Below, in pieces: positions 48,877 through 57,996 of a DNA stretch of 64,000 nt. Within the stretch, counting starts at the first letter, position 1; every line of letters begins with the position of its first letter. Below the pieces are notes generated by a model. It saw nothing but the letters and a program-made list of their open reading frames with translations. It had not been told where the DNA came from and did no database searches. Source of the DNA: an uncultured Dehalococcoidaceae bacterium. Its GTDB lineage: Bacteria > Chloroflexota > Dehalococcoidia > UBA2979. The translations under genes and the position numbers were made by a program. Location of the stretch: the NCBI GenBank assembly GCA_964414675.1, contig CAYPYF010000003.1, forward strand, positions 11,696 to 75,695, written 5' to 3'.

Positions 48877-51538
48877 TCCCTCCGTTCCTCTTCAGGCGCA
48901 AGGATGGGTGTCCATAGAAGAGGTACGCGAGGCTCGTCGCTGAGACGACATCCACGCCGTCCCCGAATGCCCCACGTTCACGCCTGAGGATCTCGGCAGG
49001 CGGGACGCCGGCGAAGCTCTGCTCGTAGAACCGCAGCGCGATCTCGTGGGCGACCGTGTCCTTGATCGACCACAGCGGGGCCAGCACGCCGGCCGCGCCC
49101 GAGAACAGGAACGCCTCGGCCATGCCCGCATAGTCGCCCAGGATGCGCTGGGCGCTGCCCACCTGGCAGGCGTTCAGGAACACGAACGGGGCTCGGGTGA
49201 ACGTGTGGCCGCGGATCTGCAGCGGATCGATCGTCTGCCCATCGGCGAGCACGAGGCCATGGAGCGTCGAGTTCGGGTCGTAGATCCCGTGCATCGCGAA
49301 GTGCAGCAGCTCCGCCGCCGGCTCACCGCCGAGGCAGGACAGCACGTCCGTCGCCAGTGCGTTGACCGCGACCGCGCCGTATCGCTCCTGGAGCGCCTCC
49401 GCCTCCGCCTCGGCCTCCAGAAGAGGGCTCCAGCCCGGCAGCGCGTACTGACCGCTGATCACCGCGATCGACGAGATCACCACCTCCGCCGGCGGCGGCA
49501 GCTTCGGACGGCGCGTACCCAGCACCCAGCGTCCCACGCACGTTTGCGCGCCGAGGAAGGGCGGCGCTTGCGGGTCGAGCCTGGGCTCCACGGTGGCGAG
49601 CTCCCACGGGACGTACGGCTCCTCCGACAGCAGGAAGATCGTCGGTGCGCGCCCTTCCGCACGGGCGTGGGCCGCGACCGAATCGAGCATCGACCAGAAC
49701 TGCGGTGGCAGTTGCTCGGCGACGGTGTGTCCAACCCCGAGGAGGTACGAGGCGAGGCCCGGCGTACCCTCGCGCGAGCCGACGCCGTCGACGAGCTGAC
49801 GCGCGAACTGGCCCGGCGCATCGCCGATGTCCGTCACCTCCAGCGCCCCGGGCGGCAGCGCCACATGCGGCGAGGTCATCGTCCAGCGGAGGCGGCCCCG
49901 CGACTCCTCGTCCTCCTCGATGACGACGGTCAGGTCCGCCACCGTGCGCTGCTGCGGGATCGCCACCATGCCGCGCTCGCCCTGCGCGGGTTCGTCCGCG
50001 GCGTCAAGGTCCGCCTCGGTCGCGACGGTCGTCACGTACCGCTTCGCGTAGCCGATCACAGCCCCCTCGAGGACGAAGAGCGCGCGGATGCTGCGGACAT
50101 CCGGGCCTTCGCCACGCAGCGCCAGCGGCACCAGCCGCACGTCCACCGTCGGGAAGCGCTGCCCCTCCGAGATCGTCAGGGAGCGGCGGAGTGCTGCTCC
50201 ATCGCTGACGACGAAGCCCGGCGTGTCCAGCTCGACGAGGAGTTCGTACGACTCGACGGCCGGCGAAGGCAGCTCAAACGCCTCGCCGGTCACGCCCGTG
50301 ACCTGCTCGGGTGACAGCCCGACCTCGAGTGTGAACTCTCGTCCCACGACGACCACCGGCGGGCAGTCCAGTAGCCCGTGCGCGCTGTACGTCGCCTCGC
50401 GTGACTCGCCCATGCCCGCGCTGGCGCCGGGCATGGGCGCGAGGGATGGCGTCGCACCGTTCGGCGTTACGGTTCCCACCGAGGTGGGGACGCCTGGCGT
50501 CGTCGTCGTCGGGGCTGGCGCTGGGGTGGAGACTGGCGCTGGCTGCGGTGCCGGCACGGGAGCAGACGGCGGCGTCGAGGATGGCGGGAGGGCGGTCGGT
50601 GCCGGGGCCTCGGGCGCATTGGCCCCACCACCATTCGGCGATGCCTCATCCCGGATGTCCTCGAGCCCGGGAGCCGATCCATGCCCGGCGGTCCGCCTCC
50701 GTCCGAGGAGTCCCGCGCCGGCGTTCACCACCGCGCCGATGCCCACGGGCGGAGTGCTCCAGCGCGCCCACGAGTTCCATGTGAGCGGCTCCCAGCCGAA
50801 CTGCTGGGCCAACACGCACCCGGAGAGCCCCACCATCAGGCCGCACAGCACCGCCATCATGATCCCGAACACCAGCCCGCGGCCAGCGTTCAGCACGCGC
50901 AACGCGATGAACAGCATGCCGGCGATGCCGGCGACCCCCACGAGCGCCGCGATCGCCCCGACTGGCGTCGTCAGTGGGTGAGCGCCGCCGACCTTCACCC
51001 ACCCGCTGATCGGCTCGCAGTCACCTGCGCTCACGACCACCCGGTACAGCCCGATGACCTGGAGGTGATCCCCGACGCGGATCGGCGGCTCGGCCACCCA
51101 TCGCCCATCCCGCGCCTCGAAGGACACGACATCCGTCGAGATCGGCCCGACAGACACGGTGACGGTCCCCGGAACCTTGGACGTACGGCCCACGCCCTGG
51201 ATCTCGAAGGCGACGGCCAGGCTGTCGTCCGCACGGATCGGGAGCGCGTTGTCGTAGTCCCCGAACGTATCGAGGGGGACGCCATCGATCGAGGCCTGGC
51301 ATTGCCACGGCGCACCCTGGGCGACCGCCTCGTGCGGGGCGGGAAGGGCCAGGGAGGCGAGGACCGCGCCAGCCAGTACGAAGGCCAGGGCGACGACCGG
51401 GGTGAGGCGGCGCACCACTCCGAGCACCGCGTCGGGCGCCCGGTGAGGCACAGGCGACGCAGGCGGCACTAGCCAGCGCATCAGTCGCTCCTCAGCGGGG
51501 CGCCCAGCGGCCGATCTGCCACGGCGGGGCGTACGCAT
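48863..51538 (-). CDS. Membrane-anchored CHAT-domain (caspase-like) protease: signal peptide, about 130-aa extracytoplasmic domain, two TM helices, Pro/Thr-rich linker, middle domain, C-terminal CHAT
   Basis: C-terminal LHFAMHG...FVFLNACQVGS carries the CHAT His/Cys dyad. N-terminal hydrophobic segments and a PAPTALPPSSTPPSAPVPAPQPAP linker are present. A possible alternative start is at 51481. Confidence 0.65.
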   Translation of the reverse strand: MRTPRRGRSAAGRPAEERLMRWLVPPASPVPHRAPDAVLGVVRRLTPVVALAFVLAGAVLASLALPAPHEAVAQGAPWQCQASIDGVPLDTFGDYDNALPIRADDSLAVAFEIQGVGRTSKVPGTVTVSVGPISTDVVSFEARDGRWVAEPPIRVGDHLQVIGLYRVVVSAGDCEPISGWVKVGGAHPLTTPVGAIAALVGVAGIAGMLFIALRVLNAGRGLVFGIMMAVLCGLMVGLSGCVLAQQFGWEPLTWNSWARWSTPPVGIGAVVNAGAGLLGRRRTAGHGSAPGLEDIRDEASPNGGGANAPEAPAPTALPPSSTPPSAPVPAPQPAPVSTPAPAPTTTTPGVPTSVGTVTPNGATPSLAPMPGASAGMGESREATYSAHGLLDCPPVVVVGREFTLEVGLSPEQVTGVTGEAFELPSPAVESYELLVELDTPGFVVSDGAALRRSLTISEGQRFPTVDVRLVPLALRGEGPDVRSIRALFVLEGAVIGYAKRYVTTVATEADLDAADEPAQGERGMVAIPQQRTVADLTVVIEEDEESRGRLRWTMTSPHVALPPGALEVTDIGDAPGQFARQLVDGVGSREGTPGLASYLLGVGHTVAEQLPPQFWSMLDSVAAHARAEGRAPTIFLLSEEPYVPWELATVEPRLDPQAPPFLGAQTCVGRWVLGTRRPKLPPPAEVVISSIAVISGQYALPGWSPLLEAEAEAEALQERYGAVAVNALATDVLSCLGGEPAAELLHFAMHGIYDPNSTLHGLVLADGQTIDPLQIRGHTFTRAPFVFLNACQVGSAQRILGDYAGMAEAFLFSGAAGVLAPLWSIKDTVAHEIALRFYEQSFAGVPPAEILRRERGAFGDGVDVVSATSLAYLFYGHPSLRLKRNGGIDDA

Positions 51539-51539
51539 G

Positions 51540-52493
51540 TCAGCGGGGGATCACCAGGATCTGGCCCACCCGGATCACATTGATGTCCACGATCTGGTTC
51601 GCTGCCGCGATTGCCGCGACGGTGACGCCGAATCGCACCGCGATGGACCCGAGGGTGTCGCGCGGGCGCACCTCGTAGTGCTGTCCGGGCACGGTGAGTA
51701 CCTGGCCGGTCTCGATGAGGTCCGGGTTCGCGTCCACCAGTGCCGGGAGCGCGACGCCCAGGCGCTGCGCGACCTCCACCAGCCGGTCGCCTGCCTGTAC
51801 GGTGTACTGGCTGATCGAGGTCGCAGGCGCCTCCACCTCCCGCGTTCCGATCGTGGTCGCAGTGACCGTGGCGCGGTCAATCGTCGAACTGCGTTCGCCC
51901 TCGACCCCGGCGAGCACGAACGATGCGGCGACGGTCCCCTTTTCGACGCGATCCCCCCGGACGGCGAGCGCCGTGGAGCCGAAGCCCTCCAGGTGGAGGT
52001 GGGAGTGGCAGGCGCAGCTGGAGTGATACTCGTGTCGCCGAGGATCCCCGGCCCCGTGCTGCTGGCCGCATCGCCCCGTGGGCCAGTGCTGGGGCTCCGC
52101 CGGGCCGAGCGCCCCGATCTGCACGCGCCCGGCTCCCAGCACGGATCCTGGCCCCACCAGGACGGGGTCGAGGTGGCCGTAGAGGATGCGCAGGCCGGTC
52201 TCGATCCAGCGGTCCGAGCCCTCGCGGCGCTGCAATGTCAACTGCACCACCAGTCCGCCTTCCTCGATCCGCCCGCTCCGGCAGGCCGGACGTACTGACT
52301 CGACGACCGCGCGCACCGGCGGGCCGTCGGTGCGCGCCTCGAAGAACACCGGTGTACCCCGGCTGTCCGCGAGCACGTCCATGTCGCACGACCGGTTGCC
52401 GCCGTAGGGACGGTGGTGCCCATGCGAGGACGAGGTCGTCACTACCGCCGGGATGTCGAAGGGAGAAAGGATCGAGAGTGTCGGCATGTTCAA
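51540..52493 (-). CDS. M23 (LytM-type) metallopeptidase with two C-terminal LysM domains; no obvious signal peptide
   Basis: YGHL...HLHLEG M23 motifs. Two LysM repeats (YTVQAGDRLVEVAQRLGV and YEVRPRDTLGSIAVRFGV). Confidence 0.7.
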   Translation of the reverse strand: MNMPTLSILSPFDIPAVVTTSSSHGHHRPYGGNRSCDMDVLADSRGTPVFFEARTDGPPVRAVVESVRPACRSGRIEEGGLVVQLTLQRREGSDRWIETGLRILYGHLDPVLVGPGSVLGAGRVQIGALGPAEPQHWPTGRCGQQHGAGDPRRHEYHSSCACHSHLHLEGFGSTALAVRGDRVEKGTVAASFVLAGVEGERSSTIDRATVTATTIGTREVEAPATSISQYTVQAGDRLVEVAQRLGVALPALVDANPDLIETGQVLTVPGQHYEVRPRDTLGSIAVRFGVTVAAIAAANQIVDINVIRVGQILVIPR

Positions 52494-52601
52494 CCCCTAT
52501 CGGTGCTGTGGATCGGGCTTGCGGGTGCGCGCGGTTCCGTTCAGCGCACAGGCCGCGCCCGGTCGCCTAGACTCGCCCCGGGCGGCGCGAGACGAGGCAA
52601 C

Positions 52602-53000
52602 ATGACCGAGACTCCGGCCGTGACTCGGCCGCCGAGGCTGTCCGAGGCGACGATTCAGTCGCTGCTCACGTACGTCGACGAGGAGTCCCTGCGCACCACG
52701 AGGCCTCGCACGTCGGCGCCATGGACCTGGGCGCCTCGGACGCTGCGCGTCGGGGCCGTCACCCTGGGCCGCGATATCTGCTTTCGCCCCGGCGCGTTCC
52801 GCGAAGCGGACGTGCGAGGCCTCGCGCTGATCGCGCACGAGTGCACGCATGTCCGGCAGTACCGCGAACTCGGCGCGGCGCGATTCCTGCTCCGCTATCT
52901 CTGGGGGGCGATCCGCGTGCGTTTCGTTCATGATCTCCATCCGCTCGAACTCGAACCGCAGGCGGTGCAGGTCCGTGCCCGCACCAGCCTCACCCTCTGA
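52602..53000 (+). CDS. DUF4157-like zincin-type putative metallopeptidase domain protein
   Basis: IAHECTHVRQY matches the HExxHxxQ signature of DUF4157. Divergently transcribed from the CHAT operon. Confidence 0.5.
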   Translation: MTETPAVTRPPRLSEATIQSLLTYVDEESLRTTRPRTSAPWTWAPRTLRVGAVTLGRDICFRPGAFREADVRGLALIAHECTHVRQYRELGAARFLLRYLWGAIRVRFVHDLHPLELEPQAVQVRARTSLTL

Positions 53001-53016
53001 GCGCCGCCGCCCGCCG

Positions 53017-54048
53017 TTAGTCGTCCAGCTCCCGCAGGATCAGCGGGAAGACATCCTCGGACGCCCGTTCGCCCATGAAGATGTCCAGGTGGCCGTACCC
53101 CGGGATCACGTGCAGCGACGAGGCGATGCCCTGCGACTGGAGGTAGTAGTGCGTCCGCGCCTGCGAGGCAGGCAGGAAGCACCGGTTCTGCTCGCCGGCG
53201 ATCAGCGCGAAGCGCGCGTCCGTCCGAGGGCGCTCTGCGACGAACGAGTCCGGGAGCCCCTCCACCTTGCCGGTGGAGACCAGCGCGCCCGCGCGGACGC
53301 TGGACAGCATCTGCTCGAAGAACGTGCGCGGCACCGCCGCGAACTCGTTCGTCAGCCAGTCATGTGTCGCGTCGTTCAGGTTCTCGTGGCGCCAGAGCGT
53401 CGGGAACCCGACGCCGTACGTGAACGAGGCCCAGCGGCAGACGTTGTTTCGGCACTCGTGATGCGTGGCCATGACCATGGCGTGCATGGCCTTCTGCTTC
53501 AGCCCGGGCTGGCGCTGTCCCCACTGGGGATCGAGGTACATCAGCCAGCGCCGGCTCAACGGGAGCATCATGCGGATCTTCAGCCGCGCGACGGACGGCA
53601 ACACCGGATGCAGCGACACCGCGTTGCTCACGATCGTCCGCACCTGCGGGACCAGCCCGGCAACCGCCGACATCATGAAGGAGGTGGATCCCTGGCAGTG
53701 GATCACCGCCTGCATCGAGTCCGTCCCCGTCTCACGGACGATCGTCTCGATCGCACTCGGATGGTCGTATCGCGCGGCCTGGTCGAGATCCCACAGGTTC
53801 GGCGCCACATCGATGCTCGCGCGCCAGTTCTCGAGCCACACGTCGTAGCCCGCCTCGACGAGGGCGTCGACGAGCGTCTGCCGGATCGGTGCGCGAAAGA
53901 TCTCCGCGCGCACACCGGCGCCATGCACCAGCACCACCGGCCCGCGCGTCGGCTCCGTGTCGCCGCGCACGTTGATCAGCGTGTTCTGCAACCCGTCGCC
54001 CGCCGTGTAGGGCACCACGCGGTCGTGGGTCATCGATGATGTGGTCAT
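53017..54048 (-). CDS. Alpha/beta hydrolase (putative lipase/esterase)
   Basis: Oxyanion-hole VLVHGAG and nucleophile elbow HCQGS. Confidence 0.65.
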   Translation of the reverse strand: MTTSSMTHDRVVPYTAGDGLQNTLINVRGDTEPTRGPVVLVHGAGVRAEIFRAPIRQTLVDALVEAGYDVWLENWRASIDVAPNLWDLDQAARYDHPSAIETIVRETGTDSMQAVIHCQGSTSFMMSAVAGLVPQVRTIVSNAVSLHPVLPSVARLKIRMMLPLSRRWLMYLDPQWGQRQPGLKQKAMHAMVMATHHECRNNVCRWASFTYGVGFPTLWRHENLNDATHDWLTNEFAAVPRTFFEQMLSSVRAGALVSTGKVEGLPDSFVAERPRTDARFALIAGEQNRCFLPASQARTHYYLQSQGIASSLHVIPGYGHLDIFMGERASEDVFPLILRELDD

Positions 54049-55208
54049 CGTCCGCGGGTCGCCTTCGCCCGGCCGCGCTCCAGCAGCTCCATCGCTTCGT
54101 CCGCGACGCGCTCCACGAGGTTCTCCTCGTGCTTCTTCTCAAGCTTGCACGTCTCCATCCACCGCAGCGGCTCGCGCCAGCGGAGGTCACGGGACGAGGT
54201 GCTTGCCCACGGCCCGATGACCCCGACACTGCCCAGCAGCCGTGGGCGCGTCGAACCCCAGAACCCGCGGTACCGCATCCACCAGAGGTCCGAGTCGGGT
54301 GTCGGATCGCCCTCGATCATCTCGATGACCTCGGGATGGACGCGGACACCCACCTTCTCGCTCGGCGCGGTCGTGTCAAAGGCCGGGTCGGCGGGGGGGT
54401 TGTCGCGGAACAGGCGGATGCCCGGCACGCGCTGGAGCCACTTGATGAAGACGTTGGCGATCCGCCGCGCGTAGATCACGAAGAACAGCGCGGCCGGCAG
54501 CCTCCCGGCGCTCAGCTCTCCGATGAGCGGATGCCCTCCGGAGGCGAACCGGAAGTACCCGGCGTGGGACCCGCGCGCCACGTAGACCAGCGGGCTCTCA
54601 CCCACCCGCGGAACGTCCTCCCACCTCCGTCGCACGCCGCCGTGGTGGTTGGAGTACGCGACCTCCACCGGCCGGTCATCCGTGCCGAGGGAGATCGAGA
54701 CCATCTCCCAGTCGCCCTCGTGGTGGTTCAGGAAGTCGTTGTAGATGTACAGGTACCAGTACTGGAGCACCTTCCCCTGCGGCGTGGCCACCTCGCGCGC
54801 GTAGGTCACGCAGCGGAATGGCGTGGCCTCGGATTCGGGCGTGCTCAGGTACCGCTTGTTCACCTCCCACGCCTCCGAGGGGCGTTGAGAAGCGATCTCA
54901 CAGACGTCGAGTTCCCACGCCGTGCTCTGCTCCGGCCGAGTCACGCCGATGAACGTCCGCGTGGCGAGTAGGCCGTCCGGTGTCAGCCGCCGCGATGAGT
55001 CACCACGGAAGCGACTGAGGATGCCGGCAACGAAGTCGTAGTTCTCCGGACAGTCACGACGGACTGCACGGTCGATAAAGAAGTCGACTGTGCAGGGGTG
55101 GTAGTCGCCCCAACCCTGTCGAGGACGGAATCCTCCGGGCCGGTCCCGTGAGGGATCCTGGGGGTACATAACCAGCGTGGGGTTATAGCGAGATAGGAGA
55201 GCGGACAT
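54045..55208 (-). CDS. Hypothetical protein; weak resemblance to Vps62/DUF946-type proteins
   Basis: Long ORF with NHHEGDWEMV. Start overlaps the upstream hydrolase stop. Family assignment is unsure. Confidence 0.35.
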   Translation of the reverse strand: MSALLSRYNPTLVMYPQDPSRDRPGGFRPRQGWGDYHPCTVDFFIDRAVRRDCPENYDFVAGILSRFRGDSSRRLTPDGLLATRTFIGVTRPEQSTAWELDVCEIASQRPSEAWEVNKRYLSTPESEATPFRCVTYAREVATPQGKVLQYWYLYIYNDFLNHHEGDWEMVSISLGTDDRPVEVAYSNHHGGVRRRWEDVPRVGESPLVYVARGSHAGYFRFASGGHPLIGELSAGRLPAALFFVIYARRIANVFIKWLQRVPGIRLFRDNPPADPAFDTTAPSEKVGVRVHPEVIEMIEGDPTPDSDLWWMRYRGFWGSTRPRLLGSVGVIGPWASTSSRDLRWREPLRWMETCKLEKKHEENLVERVADEAMELLERGRAKATRGR

Positions 55209-55480
55209 AGATGGCGCAGGAACCTTTCCTGCCGCCCGATAGGGATTCTACTCACACTCGAGATGATTTTGGGAAGAGGTGGCGGAACATTCGAGTGGTC
55301 GAAGTAGTTGCCTCCCGGGCGACAGATGTGCATGATGCGTGCGGGCGGCACCCAGCGTTGCACCACACGAGCTGATGCTCGGTAGTGAGGGAGCCCACGG
55401 ATGCCCGCCCACTCCTCCTCGTCGGCGTCACCCTCGTCGGCCCACCGTGCCACTGCCTGCCCTCCTTCCCGTACCCGAAG

Positions 55481-57130
55481 ATGGCACTCGTGACCGTCGC
55501 GGCCGAGGGCATCCCGGCGCCCCCGCCTGCGCACGGCGACGCCACCGACTACGACGCCATCGTGATCGGCTCCGGCTTCGGTGGCGCCGTCACCGCCTGC
55601 CGCCTCGCCGAGCACGGCTACCGCGTGCTCATCCTCGAACGCGGACGGCGGTGGCATCCCCGCGACTATCCGAGGCGTCCGGGCGATGCCTGGTTCTGGG
55701 ACTCCAACCATCCCGAGCGCGCGAACGGCTGGATCGACCTGCGCCTCTTCCCCCGTATGGCGGTGGCGCAGGGGGCCGGCGTCGGCGGTGGTTCGCTCAT
55801 CTACGCCAACATCTCGATCGATGCGAAGGAGGAGCTCTTCGAGCGCGGTTGGCCTCCCGAGGTCACCTTCGAGGAATTGAAGCCGTACTACGCCGAAGTC
55901 GGTCGCATGCTGAACGTGGCGCCGGTGCCGGAACGACAGCGCACCGCGCGCGCCCGGCTGGTCGAGGAGGCGGCGAACGCGATCGGCCACGGCGCGCGGT
56001 ACCGGAACCTCGACCTCGCCGTCACGTTCGACCCGGACTGGACGTATGAACAGGAACGCCCCTACGACCCTGACCGATCGAAGACGTTCACCAACGAGCA
56101 CGGCCGGGAGCAGGGGACCTGCATCCACCTGGGCAACTGCGACATCGGCTGCGACGTCCTCGCCAAGAACACGCTCGACCTCAACTACCTCGCCCGGGCG
56201 GAGAACCTCGGCACGGAGATCCGCCCGCTGCACCTCGTCAGCAAGATCGAGCCTGGCGACCGCTCCTACACCGTCCGCTATGACCGGCTGGAGGGCGGGC
56301 GTCGCATCCCTGGCCAGGTGTCGGGGCGCATCATCGTGCTCGCCGCCGGCTCACTCGGATCGACCGAGCTCTTGCTGCGCTGTCGCGACGAGTTCCACAC
56401 GCTGCCGGACCTCAGCCCCGCGCTCGGCCGGGGCTGGTGCAGCAACGGCGACTTCCTGACGCCGGCGCTCCACGCGGACCGCGACGTCAGCCCCACTCGC
56501 GGCCCGACGATCTCCTCGGGCATCGACTTCCTCGACGGCTCGGAGGGAGGCCAGCACTTCCTCATCGAGGACGGCGGGTTTCCCGCCGTCCTCGAGAACG
56601 CGCTCCGCGACGGGCTGATCGAGACGAACGGCTTCCTGAAGGGCCGCGCCCTCAACCTTTCGATTCAGCGCGCCCTCCAGGGACACGACTCGATGAGCGG
56701 CGTGATGCCGTGGTTCGCCCAGGGACGCGATATGTCGGACGGGTCGTTCCGGTTGCGGCGGCGCTGGTTCGGCCTGTTCGGCCGGAAGCGTCTGCACCTC
56801 GACTGGGAGGTCGGCCGCTCCGGACTGGTGATGGAGGCAATCGTGGACATGCATCAGCGCCTCGCGAGGGCGACCGGCGGCACCCCGCTGGTCCCCGCGA
56901 CGTGGACCTTCGCCCGCGCCCTCGTCACCCCTCACCCACTGGGGGGCGCGGTCCTCGGAGCGTCGTCCGCGGACGGCGTCGTGGACCACCGGGGCGAGGT
57001 CTTCGGATACCCGAACCTCTATGTCGCCGACGGCGCGATCGTCCCCGAGGCGATCGGCGCGAACCCATCGAAGACCATCGCCGCGCTCGCCGAGCGCATC
57101 GCGGGCGAGATTGTGGACGGACACCGCTAA
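55481..57130 (+). CDS. GMC-family FAD-dependent oxidoreductase (cholesterol-oxidase-like)
   Basis: N-terminal FAD fingerprint YDAIVIGSGFGGAV...RVLILERG with a C-terminal GMC region. The longest ORF starts at 55385. Confidence 0.75.
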   Translation: MALVTVAAEGIPAPPPAHGDATDYDAIVIGSGFGGAVTACRLAEHGYRVLILERGRRWHPRDYPRRPGDAWFWDSNHPERANGWIDLRLFPRMAVAQGAGVGGGSLIYANISIDAKEELFERGWPPEVTFEELKPYYAEVGRMLNVAPVPERQRTARARLVEEAANAIGHGARYRNLDLAVTFDPDWTYEQERPYDPDRSKTFTNEHGREQGTCIHLGNCDIGCDVLAKNTLDLNYLARAENLGTEIRPLHLVSKIEPGDRSYTVRYDRLEGGRRIPGQVSGRIIVLAAGSLGSTELLLRCRDEFHTLPDLSPALGRGWCSNGDFLTPALHADRDVSPTRGPTISSGIDFLDGSEGGQHFLIEDGGFPAVLENALRDGLIETNGFLKGRALNLSIQRALQGHDSMSGVMPWFAQGRDMSDGSFRLRRRWFGLFGRKRLHLDWEVGRSGLVMEAIVDMHQRLARATGGTPLVPATWTFARALVTPHPLGGAVLGASSADGVVDHRGEVFGYPNLYVADGAIVPEAIGANPSKTIAALAERIAGEIVDGHR

Positions 57131-57996
57131 TGGCCATCCCCAGGCGATCGCGGAGACAGGAAGGCATGCACGCCGTGGTGGACGGCATCCACTTCCCGAT
57201 GCCGATCGAGACCAGCGAGTCCAGCGCGTTCCTCGCGGCGTTCACGGTGGACGCCGCGAAGGTCCAGGAGCTGCTGCCCGGTAACGAGCTGCACGCGCTG
57301 CGGCTCTGGGGCGGCCGTGGGTTGCTGATGGTGACGGTCGTCGACTACCAGAAGACGGACATCGGCAAGTACATCGAGTTCAGCGTCGGGCTCGCCTGCA
57401 CCTTCGGCGAACGGCCCGCGCCGCCGCTGCTGCCGCTGCTGCTGCGCGGGCGGTATGGCTTCGGCCAGTACGTCCTCGACCTCCCCGTGAGCACGGAGGT
57501 GTCCGTGAAGGGCGGCAAGGGCATCTGGGGGATGCCGAAGCATCAAGCCAGCCTGGACTTCCTCGTGGACGACCGATCTGTCAGCAGCCAGTACGACCTC
57601 GATGGGCAGATGGCGCTGCGCATCGACATCGGCCGTCCGAAGCGGCGCATGCTGCCGCTCGGGTTCAGCTCCGCGAACTACTCCTACTTCCGCGGCATGA
57701 TCGTCAAGTCGTACGTGGCGTTCGAAGGCAGCCCGAAACTGGGGCTCATCCGCCCCAGCGCCACGCTTGAGGTCGGCCCGTCCCCCCGGCTCGCCGTGCT
57801 TCGCGATCTCGACATCAGCCGCCGTCCCATCGCCACGGTCTTCTACCCGGAGTTCGGGGGTGTCCTGGACGACTACATGGAATCCTGGTTCGCGGTCTGG
57901 CCGGAGCCGCCCGGCGCGGTCGAGGGCCTCGAGTCAGTCGTCGGCCTCGGGCAGGGCCAGGAGTGGCCGGCTCCGCCGGTAAGGACGCGACCATGA
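57130..57996 (+). CDS. Acetoacetate decarboxylase (ADC)-like fold protein
   Basis: ADC-family similarity. The 57130 start overlaps the GMC stop; an alternative Met is at 57166. Confidence 0.55.
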   Translation: MAIPRRSRRQEGMHAVVDGIHFPMPIETSESSAFLAAFTVDAAKVQELLPGNELHALRLWGGRGLLMVTVVDYQKTDIGKYIEFSVGLACTFGERPAPPLLPLLLRGRYGFGQYVLDLPVSTEVSVKGGKGIWGMPKHQASLDFLVDDRSVSSQYDLDGQMALRIDIGRPKRRMLPLGFSSANYSYFRGMIVKSYVAFEGSPKLGLIRPSATLEVGPSPRLAVLRDLDISRRPIATVFYPEFGGVLDDYMESWFAVWPEPPGAVEGLESVVGLGQGQEWPAPPVRTRP

